46,685 nt of DNA, from NCBI GenBank assembly GCA_963736855.1, contig CAVTQK010000016.1:1-46685 (forward strand), given 5' to 3'. The DNA comes from an uncultured delta proteobacterium (GTDB lineage Bacteria > Desulfobacterota > Desulfobacteria > Desulfobacterales > UBA2156). Below the pieces are notes generated by a model. It searched no databases. It saw only the letters and a list, made by a program, of their open reading frames with translations, and was not told the DNA's origin. Positions 39,336 to 46,685 of the stretch are shown piece by piece (the stretch's first letter is position 1; each line of letters starts with the position of its first letter). The position numbers were made by a program, and so were the translations under genes.

Positions 39336-42300
39336 TCACCGGATAGCCGAGTGGTATTTTTGCAAGGACCTGACCGTCGGTTTTTCCTCTCGCATGGCCG
39401 CGATCCCCTTAGCTGCTGCGATGGCCGCCGCCGTGGTGGTGATATATGGAATCTTATACTTGATGGCCGCCCTCCGGATGTCGGAGCTGTCATCAGCACT
39501 TTTCTTTCCGGAAGGCGTGTTGACCAGCAACTGGATCTTCCCGCTCTTGATGGCATCCACCAGGTTCGGCCTGCTAAGACCGAGTTTGGAAATCGGTATG
39601 GTTTCGATACCCCGCTCCCTCAGGAATCGATGGGTCCCTTCAGTGGTCAGGAGGGTAAACCCGAGTTCCCTAAATCGGCGAACCGGCTCAAGGGCCGCAG
39701 GTTTATCCCGGTCGGCGATAGTAAACAAAACGGCTCCTTCCAGGGGAAGCGAAATCTGGGTGGCCTCCTGGGCCTTGAAGTAGGCCCGCCCAAACGAATG
39801 GGACAAGCCCAGTACCTCCCCCGTGGAACGCATTTCAGGGCCTAAGACCGGGTCCACTTCCGGAAACATGTTGAACGGAAAGACCGCTTCTTTAACTCCA
39901 AAATGGGGAATCTGCTGCTCCTTCAAGCCGAGTTCGGCGATACTCTTCCCCAGAATCACCTGGGTAGCCATGTTTGCCATGGATATGCCGCAGACTTTAG
40001 AGACGAGGGGAACAGTGCGCGAGGCCCGGGGATTGGCCTCCAGCACGTAAACCGTGTTTTCGAAGATAGCATACTGGATGTTCATTAAACCCACCACCCC
40101 GAGTTCCACGGCGATGCGGCGTGTGTATTCACGGATCGTGTCGATGTGCTTGGGAGCGAGGCTGATGGGCGGAATGACGCAGGCGCTGTCCCCCGAGTGG
40201 ATGCCGGCCAGCTCGATGTGCTCCATTACGGCAGGAACAAAGGCATCTTTTCCATCGGCGATGGCGTCCGCTTCCGTTTCGATTGCATTGTCCAGGAACC
40301 GATCGATGAGGACAGGTCGCTCGGGAGAGACATCCTCAACGGCAACCTTCAAGTATCGCCGCATTGATGGCTCGTCATGGACCACCTCCATACCCCGTCC
40401 ACCTAAAACATAAGAGGGCCGAACCATGAGGGGATAACCGATGGCAGAAGCGATTTGAAGGGCTTCCTCGATGCTTGAAGCCATGCCGCTTTCCGGCTGG
40501 GGAATCCCCAAATCCCGCATGATCCGGCGAAACCGGTCCCTATCTTCGGCCAGATCAATGGTCTCCGGTGATGTTCCCAGGATTTTCACTCCCGCATCTT
40601 CCAGTTCCCTGGCGATGTTGAGGGGGGTCTGGCCGCCGAACTGGACGATCACCCCGACCGGTTTTTCTTTTTCATAGATACTCAACACGTCCTCGACGGT
40701 CAGGGGCTCGAAATAGAGCTTGTCCGAAGTATCATAGTCCGTGGAGACCGTTTCCGGATTGCAGTTGACCATGATGGATTCGAATCCGGCCTCCCGTATG
40801 GCAAAGGCCGCATGAACGCAGCAGTAATCGAATTCGATCCCCTGACCGATACGGTTCGGCCCGCCCCCCAGAACCATGATTTTTTTCCGGTCGCTCACCT
40901 TCACCCGGTCCGGAGCGTTGTAGGTAGAGTAGTAATAGGCGGCATTTTCCACCCCGCTAACCGGAACCGCATCCCAGGTTTCCACCACCCCCAGCCCCTT
41001 TCGATGCTCCCGGATGACGCTTTCCGATACTCCTAAAATCTTGGCCAGATACCGATCGGCAAACCCGTCTTTTTTGGCCTGAATCAAAAGGTCGTCCGGA
41101 AGGGTCTTGCCTTGGTATTGGAGGATTTTTTCTTCGAGAATGACCAGTTCCCTGGCCTGATCGATGAAATAGGGTTTGATGTGGGTGAGCTTATAAAGGG
41201 TTTCGACATCCGCGCCTTTTCGGAGGGCTTCGTACATGATGAACTGCCGTTCGCTGGTGGGCACTGTCAGCATCTGAAGAAGCTTTTCCAAGGGCAATTC
41301 ATGAAAATTCTTTGCAAAGCCGAGTCCATAGCGATTGGTTTCAAGGCTCCGGATGGCCTTTTGGAGCGCTTCTTTGTAAGTCTTGCCGATGCTCATCACC
41401 TCGCCCACGGCCCGCATCTGAGTCCCCAGCTGGTCCACGATCCCTTGAAATTTTTCAAAGGCCCAGCGTGCGAACTTCACAACGACATAGTCTCCGGAAG
41501 GCGTATACTTTTCCAGGGTGCCGTCCCGCCAATATGGGATCTCATCCATGTTCAATCCGCCGGCCAGTAGAGAAGACACTCGGGCGATGGGAAAGCCTGT
41601 TGCCTTGGAAGCCAGGGCCGAGGAACGGGAGGTCCGGGGATTGATCTCGATGACCACCACGCGTCCGGTCCTGGGATCGTGGGCGAACTGGATGTTGGTC
41701 CCCCCAATCACTTCAATGGCCTCCACGATGGCGTAAGAATACGCCTGAAGCTTTTCCTGGAGTGCCGGGTCGATGGTGAGCATGGGCGCCGTACAAAAGC
41801 TGTCTCCGGTGTGTACCCCCATGGCGTCCACGTTTTCAATAAAACAGACGGTGATCATCTGGTTTTTGGAATCCCGGACGACCTCCAGCTCCAGTTCCTC
41901 CCATCCCAGTACCGACTCTTCCACCAATACCTGGTGAATCAGGCTGGCCGCAAGCCCTCGGGCCGCCACAATGCGCAGCTCCTCCACGTTGTACACCAGC
42001 CCCCCGCCGGTCCCGCCCAAAGTATAGGCAGGGCGGATGACCACAGGGTACCCCAACTCAGCCGCGACGGCCTCGGCATCTTCCACCGTGTTCACGGCCT
42101 TGCTCTTCGGCATGTCGATGCCCAGACGCTTCATGGTCTCCTTGAAAGCGGTTCGGTCCTCTCCCCGTTCGATGGCATCCACATTGACACCGATGACCTG
42201 AACGCCGTACTTTTCGAGCACACCGCTCCGATGCAGTTCCGAGGTGAGATTCAAGCCCGACTGGCCCCCGAGATTCGGAAGGACGGCGTCAGGCTTTTCC

Positions 42301-42539
42301 ACGGCGATGATCTCGGTTAATGTTTTCAGGTTCAGCGGTTCGATATAGGTGACATCCGCCATTCCAGGGTCGGTCATGATGGTGGCCGGGTTGGAATTCA
42401 CCAGGACGATCTCGTAACCCAGGGATCTTATCGCTTTGCACGCCTGGGTCCCGGAATAATCGAACTCGCAGGCCTGGCCGATGACGATGGGGCCTGAGCC
42501 GATTATTAAAATCTTGTGGATATCCTTGCGGCTGGGCAT
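39336..42539 (-). CDS. carB: Carbamoyl-phosphate synthase large subunit
   Basis: IGSGPIVIGQACEFDYSG, two ATP-grasp domains, MGS domain; 1067 aa. Confidence 0.98.
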   Translation of the reverse strand: MPSRKDIHKILIIGSGPIVIGQACEFDYSGTQACKAIRSLGYEIVLVNSNPATIMTDPGMADVTYIEPLNLKTLTEIIAVEKPDAVLPNLGGQSGLNLTSELHRSGVLEKYGVQVIGVNVDAIERGEDRTAFKETMKRLGIDMPKSKAVNTVEDAEAVAAELGYPVVIRPAYTLGGTGGGLVYNVEELRIVAARGLAASLIHQVLVEESVLGWEELELEVVRDSKNQMITVCFIENVDAMGVHTGDSFCTAPMLTIDPALQEKLQAYSYAIVEAIEVIGGTNIQFAHDPRTGRVVVIEINPRTSRSSALASKATGFPIARVSSLLAGGLNMDEIPYWRDGTLEKYTPSGDYVVVKFARWAFEKFQGIVDQLGTQMRAVGEVMSIGKTYKEALQKAIRSLETNRYGLGFAKNFHELPLEKLLQMLTVPTSERQFIMYEALRKGADVETLYKLTHIKPYFIDQARELVILEEKILQYQGKTLPDDLLIQAKKDGFADRYLAKILGVSESVIREHRKGLGVVETWDAVPVSGVENAAYYYSTYNAPDRVKVSDRKKIMVLGGGPNRIGQGIEFDYCCVHAAFAIREAGFESIMVNCNPETVSTDYDTSDKLYFEPLTVEDVLSIYEKEKPVGVIVQFGGQTPLNIARELEDAGVKILGTSPETIDLAEDRDRFRRIMRDLGIPQPESGMASSIEEALQIASAIGYPLMVRPSYVLGGRGMEVVHDEPSMRRYLKVAVEDVSPERPVLIDRFLDNAIETEADAIADGKDAFVPAVMEHIELAGIHSGDSACVIPPISLAPKHIDTIREYTRRIAVELGVVGLMNIQYAIFENTVYVLEANPRASRTVPLVSKVCGISMANMATQVILGKSIAELGLKEQQIPHFGVKEAVFPFNMFPEVDPVLGPEMRSTGEVLGLSHSFGRAYFKAQEATQISLPLEGAVLFTIADRDKPAALEPVRRFRELGFTLLTTEGTHRFLRERGIETIPISKLGLSRPNLVDAIKSGKIQLLVNTPSGKKSADDSSDIRRAAIKYKIPYITTTAAAIAAAKGIAAMREEKPTVRSLQKYHSAIR

Positions 42540-42890
42540 CTTTTTCTCCTGTTCTGGCAGACAAAACCGTGCGGCTGGTTTTTTTTAAATTCGGTACAAA
42601 TCAACTTTTGCTTGCTAATTTAATCTAATCTTAAAATCAAGCATCAATATAAAGGGGCGGGGGTAAGTCTCACCTCTTACGGTTGTACACCCCAAGTGCT
42701 GAAATATCCTTGGCCTTCTGAACATGGGTTTTTCATTGACTTTTTCCCTGATGCCGATACATTATCTTCAGATCGATTCAAACATAAGCCAAAGTCAATA
42801 CAACCCAATGACATCATGGGTTATTTTCCTGATTAAGGGGCTTGACCCGCCTGGATAGCGGACATCCGGTGAAAAAGGAGAGCCTTTTCG

Positions 42891-43538
42891 ATGGAACAGC
42901 TCAACCAGATCAGTAATATCATCGCCTTGAGCATGGGGGCGGCATGGGCCAGCGGGATTAACCTTTACGCCGCTGTTTTGGTGCTGGGAATCTTAGGCCT
43001 CGCCGGAAACATCGTGCTCCCACCGGACCTGATGATCTTGACCCATCCTCTGGTGATGGGTGCTGCCGGGGTTATGTACTTGGTGGAATTTTTCGCCGAT
43101 AAGGTGCCCGGGGTGGATACGGCCTGGGATGCCATCCACACCTTCATCCGGATTCCGGCAGGTGCCCTCCTTGCCGCCGGTGCTGTGGGCCAAGTCAACC
43201 CGGTCATGGCCCTGGTCGCGGCCATATTGGGCGGCGGCCTTGCAGCCGCATCACATGCCACCAAGGCCGGATCTCGGGTCATGATCAATACATCCCCTGA
43301 ACCGTTCACCAACTGGATCGCTTCCATCACCGAAGACATCGCCGTTGTTCTTGGCCTATGGACCGCCCTCAAGCATCCCTGGATCTTCATGGTTTTATTG
43401 GTCCTCTTTATTCTGCTTCTCATTTGGCTCTTGCCCAAGCTCTGGTGGGGTGTGACCAAAATATTTGGAGCCATAGGTCGTCTTTTTAAATCCAGGGAAG
43501 AAACCCCGGTAACCCCTCCAGGCCCTGGACCTCGTTAA
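42891..43538 (+). CDS. DUF4126 membrane protein
   Basis: WASGINLYA, EFFADKVPGVDTAWD, SPEPFTNWIASITED. Confidence 0.9.
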   Translation: MEQLNQISNIIALSMGAAWASGINLYAAVLVLGILGLAGNIVLPPDLMILTHPLVMGAAGVMYLVEFFADKVPGVDTAWDAIHTFIRIPAGALLAAGAVGQVNPVMALVAAILGGGLAAASHATKAGSRVMINTSPEPFTNWIASITEDIAVVLGLWTALKHPWIFMVLLVLFILLLIWLLPKLWWGVTKIFGAIGRLFKSREETPVTPPGPGPR

Positions 43539-43660
43539 TTTTTTTCCTTCGGCAAAACCGGAACGTCCTCGCCCGGATCGATCGCCGAAACCGGGGCCTT
43601 CGACCCTTATCCTCCTGCCGAGATTTTTCTTTCAACCGCCCTAATAACGCCTTGTCGTAA

Positions 43661-43714
43661 TTTTGAACATATGATCAATATTATTCTTGACAAAAACATT
43701 TTTTTACTTATTCT
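43661..43714 (+). promoter_or_regulatory. Palindromic operator plus sigma70-like promoter
   Basis: TTGAACATATGATCAA, then TTGACA (43687)-16 nt-TATTCT. Confidence 0.6.
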
Positions 43715-43745
43715 ATCACCATAGGTTTATCAATGGAGGATTGCC

Positions 43746-44105
43746 TTGCCGAGACCCCGGAAATGTCGCCGGGTCACCTTTTCGCCTGAAGTTCGTTTTT
43801 TCAAGCCACAAGGGGTGCCCCTATCCACCCTGAAGGGAATTACACTCCCGTTAGAGGGTCTTGAAGCTCTGCGGCTTGCCGATGCCGAATTGCTCGAGCA
43901 TGAAGCAGCCGCCGTTAAGATGGGTATTTCCAGGCCCACTTTTTCCAGAGTCCTATCGGAGGCAAGAAGCCTGGTGGCCAGGGCTCTGGTCAATGGTTGG
44001 GCCATCCGTATCGAGGGAGGAAATTATCGGATCGATACGGAATCAAGATTTGAGATAATATATTTTTTAGGGGTAAAGTTTGTTTATTTTTATTATGGAT
44101 TTTAA
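43746..44105 (+). CDS. DUF134 DNA-binding protein
   Basis: MPRPRKCRRV, FKPQGVP, EALRLAD, MGISRPTFSRVL, IRIEGG. Confidence 0.9.
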   Translation: MPRPRKCRRVTFSPEVRFFKPQGVPLSTLKGITLPLEGLEALRLADAELLEHEAAAVKMGISRPTFSRVLSEARSLVARALVNGWAIRIEGGNYRIDTESRFEIIYFLGVKFVYFYYGF

Positions 44106-44148
44106 TGGGTTATAAGAAGCATGACATAAAATAAAGGAGGTGACTTCG

Positions 44149-44337
44149 ATGCCACGAGGTGACGGGAAAGGACCCGAGGGAAAAGGACGGCCAGGAAAAG
44201 GGAGAGGCCCCTGCGGACAAAAAGGATCCGGTTCTGGCAATCGACAAGGACAATGTCAAAGATTGGGGATAAAACGACAGAACGGACAAAAAGGTGGAAA
44301 ACCATCAAACAGCCGTTCGAGTGAAGACCAGTCATAA
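44149..44337 (+). CDS. Small Gly/Arg-rich protein (DUF5320-like)
   Basis: MPRGDGKGPEG...GRGPC; AAGGAGG RBS. Confidence 0.65.
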   Translation: MPRGDGKGPEGKGRPGKGRGPCGQKGSGSGNRQGQCQRLGIKRQNGQKGGKPSNSRSSEDQS

Positions 44338-44545
44338 AAGCACAGCCGGGGTGTCTGAACAGATTGCGTCGGTTTACGACCCACTTCGATGTGAACGCGG
44401 CATCCCCCGGATAAAAACGCCGCAAATCGTCAGGCACCCGGATGCCCTTATTAATTTTTTAATCAAATGCTCATAAAATGGGTTGACAAAAACGCTTTGA
44501 AGACTCAATTTAACGTTTAAGTTCAAACCTTAAAAGGGATATCTC

Positions 44546-45304
44546 ATGTCCAGACCCAAAAAATGCCGTATGGTGTTTGGCTGCCCGGAGGTTCGATACT
44601 TCAAACCCCGAGGCATTCCGATGAAGGATCTCACCGAGGTATACCTCACCCTCGAAGGGTACGAAGCGCTTCGGCTGGTGGACCTGGAAGGACTCGGACA
44701 GGAAGAGGCCGCCCAAAAGATGGCGGTTTCCAGGCAGACCTTTGGCAGGATTCTGGCCGATGCCCGTAGGTCCGTGTCCGAGGCCATCGTCAAAGGATTG
44801 GCCCTTCGGATTGAAGGGGGTGATTATGCCTTTGCAGGAAAGGCGGATGCCGCCCAACCCAATGAGTCCGGTAAAAATTCCTCGGCAACTTCTAAAGTTG
44901 AATTATCCACAATCGCTCAAAAAGGAGCTAACCTCATGAAAACGATTGCCGTCTCTGCAGAAGGACCGTCTCTGGACGACCCGATCGATCCGCGTTTTGG
45001 GCGTGCGGCGGGCTTTTTGCTCATCGATCCGAATACATTCGCCACGGAATATATTGACAATGGCGCCTCACAAGCCAGGGGTCAAGGCGCCGGAATCCAG
45101 GCCGTCGAAACGATAGCCCGTGCCGGGGCAAAAGTGGTTCTCACCGGGTTTGTGGGACCTAATGCTTTTGGCGCCCTCAAGGCGGCCGGCATTCAGGTGG
45201 GCCAAAATCTGGACGGCCTCACCGTTCGCCAGGCCGTTGAAAAGTATAAGAACAACGAGGTGACCATGTCCTCTGCGCCCAACTCTCCGGGAGGCCGAAG
45301 ATGA
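44546..45304 (+). CDS. DUF134 fused to NifB/NifX-type Fe-Mo cofactor-binding domain
   Basis: N-terminal DUF134; C-terminal IDPRFGRAAGF, GAGIQA, TGFVGPNA. Confidence 0.88.
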   Translation: MSRPKKCRMVFGCPEVRYFKPRGIPMKDLTEVYLTLEGYEALRLVDLEGLGQEEAAQKMAVSRQTFGRILADARRSVSEAIVKGLALRIEGGDYAFAGKADAAQPNESGKNSSATSKVELSTIAQKGANLMKTIAVSAEGPSLDDPIDPRFGRAAGFLLIDPNTFATEYIDNGASQARGQGAGIQAVETIARAGAKVVLTGFVGPNAFGALKAAGIQVGQNLDGLTVRQAVEKYKNNEVTMSSAPNSPGGRR

Positions 45305-46188
45305 TTGTGTCGGTGGCCAGTGGAAAGGGAGGAACCGGAAAGACAACGGTTACCGCCGCCCTCGCATCGGTTTGGAATGCACCCCTGGACACCATGGATC
45401 TGGATGTTGAAGCGCCTAATCTGCACCTGTTTTTAAACCCTAAAATCGAGGACTGCAGGATCGCCAATATCGAGATCCCTGTCGTCGATGAGGCCCGGTG
45501 CACCCATTGCCGGATGTGCTCGGAGCTGTGCCAATTCAAGGCCATCAGCGACCTGGGTCGCATCCTTTTGATCTTTCCGGACATGTGCCACGGATGTGGC
45601 GGATGTATTGCCGTATGCCCGGAAAAGGCATTGAAACCCGGAACCCGTGAACTGGGGGAAATCTGCTGGGGACATGCCGGAGAGCAGGACTTTTTCATGG
45701 GACGATTACGGATCGGGGAGGCCATGAGTCCCCCTCTCATGCGGGAGGTCAAAGGCTATCGTAAAAAATTGCGGGGAGAAGAAGATCGGGATCTGATCAT
45801 CGACGCCCCGCCGGGAACCAGTTGTCCGGCCATCAATGCCGTCATGGACAGTGATGTCATTTGCCTGGTCACCGAACCTACGCCGTTCGGGTTGTACGAT
45901 CTGAAACTGGCCGTTGAAGCCTTCAGACCCCTGGGACCACCGATGGGGGTTGTAATCAACCGGTACGGTATTGGAAACGACGCGGTCCTTGATTTTTGCA
46001 GTCAAGAAGACCTTCCGGTTTTGACCAAAATACCCTTTTCGCGCCGTTTGGCCGAAGCCTATTCCGAAGGTCGGGTGATCACCCAGGCCGCACCGGAACT
46101 GACGCCCCTTTTCATGGATCTCGCCGAAAAGCTGCGGCAATTGAGCCGGGCGGGTTCACCGGCAAAGGAGGCGACTTCCCATGCATGA
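45301..46188 (+). CDS. MinD/Mrp-type P-loop ATPase with inserted 4Fe-4S ferredoxin domain
   Basis: SGKGGTGKTT, DLDVEAPN, CTHCRMCSELC, CHGCGGCIAVCP, DAPPGTSCP. Confidence 0.93.
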   Translation: MIVSVASGKGGTGKTTVTAALASVWNAPLDTMDLDVEAPNLHLFLNPKIEDCRIANIEIPVVDEARCTHCRMCSELCQFKAISDLGRILLIFPDMCHGCGGCIAVCPEKALKPGTRELGEICWGHAGEQDFFMGRLRIGEAMSPPLMREVKGYRKKLRGEEDRDLIIDAPPGTSCPAINAVMDSDVICLVTEPTPFGLYDLKLAVEAFRPLGPPMGVVINRYGIGNDAVLDFCSQEDLPVLTKIPFSRRLAEAYSEGRVITQAAPELTPLFMDLAEKLRQLSRAGSPAKEATSHA

Positions 46189-46685
46189 GATCGTCATCAT
46201 CAGCGGAAAAGGGGGAACCGGAAAAACCTCTTTGATGGGAGCATTCGCCCATTTAGCTTTAAATCCCATCGTATGCGACCTGGATGTCGATGCCCCGGAC
46301 CTGCATATGCTTTTGCACCCTAAAAATGAAACGTCCGAAGATTTCTTTTCAGGACACGAGGCGATAATCGACGAGGAAAAGTGTACGGGCTGCGGTCTGA
46401 GCGCCGATCTTTGTCGGTTTGACGCCATTCGTTCGAAAGACACGGTCTATTCGGTGAACCCGTTAAAGTGCGAAGGGCTGCAAGGTATGTGTCACCTTTT
46501 GCCCGGAAAAAGCCATCACCTTTCCGGAAAGGCATTGCGGAAAATGGTATATCGCCTCCACCCGTTTTGGACCCATGGTACACGCCAAGCTTTTCCCAGG
46601 AGCGGAGAATTCCGGCAAACTGGTGGCCCTGCTCAGGCAGAACGCCCGAGAACTGGCACAGTCCCGGGGAATGAATTTGATTCTG
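46181..46685 (+). CDS. Second P-loop ATPase/ferredoxin paralogue (partial at window end; frameshift near 46476; not in ORF track)
   Basis: MHEIVIISGKGGTGKTS...CDLDVDAPDLH...CTGCGL; after the shift CKVCVTFCPEKAI...FGPMVHAKL...ENSGKLV. Confidence 0.85.
   Translation, partial: MHEIVIISGKGGTGKTSLMGAFAHLALNPIVCDLDVDAPDLHMLLHPKNETSEDFFSGHEAIIDEEKCTGCGLSADLCRFDAIRSKDTVYSVNPLKCEGLQGMCHLLPGKSHHLSGKALRKMVYRLHPFWTHGTRQAFPRSGEFRQTGGPAQAERPRTGTVPGNEFDS

Noticed and set aside
1..46685. Integron integrase or cas genes
   Set aside because: No ORF in the track shows recognisable tyrosine-recombinase or Cas motifs.

Overview
This 46.7 kb window is bacterial chromosome, most likely from a Desulfobacterota member (Desulfobacterales-like), judged from gene content. 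1-7340 is an accessory island. It opens with radC, a RelBE-type toxin-antitoxin (TA) pair and a truncated DNA methyltransferase. These are followed by an integrase-less integron on the minus strand, with an attI-like site and five attC-bounded cassettes: an ORF-less palindromic cassette, a PAS protein, a TA pair, a membrane protein and a Tat molybdopterin oxidoreductase. A decayed Gly-repeat/S74-chaperone gene comes after the last cassette. The array is bracketed by two diverged direct copies of a ~153 bp attI-bearing module. Each copy abuts type I-C-like CRISPR repeat sequence, and one also abuts a tRNA 3'-end relic; no cas or intI gene is in the window. 7345-28670 is mostly housekeeping: DUF488, FAD oxidoreductase, livKHMGF, lysE, radical SAM, mnmG, a DnaJ-family gene, hpt, tRNA-CAT, DHH, MBL hydrolase, sirC-ccsA-hemA and fabD. 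28800-37700 is a second patchy region with ALDH, GYD, an IS relic, PAS-GGDEF, two MITE copies around lpdA, and cytochromes c'/b. The window ends with carB-purF (Cys-less), DUF4126 and a DUF134/NifX/Fe-S ATPase cluster. Several single-base frameshifts may be sequencing errors. All calls are by eye; no searches were run.
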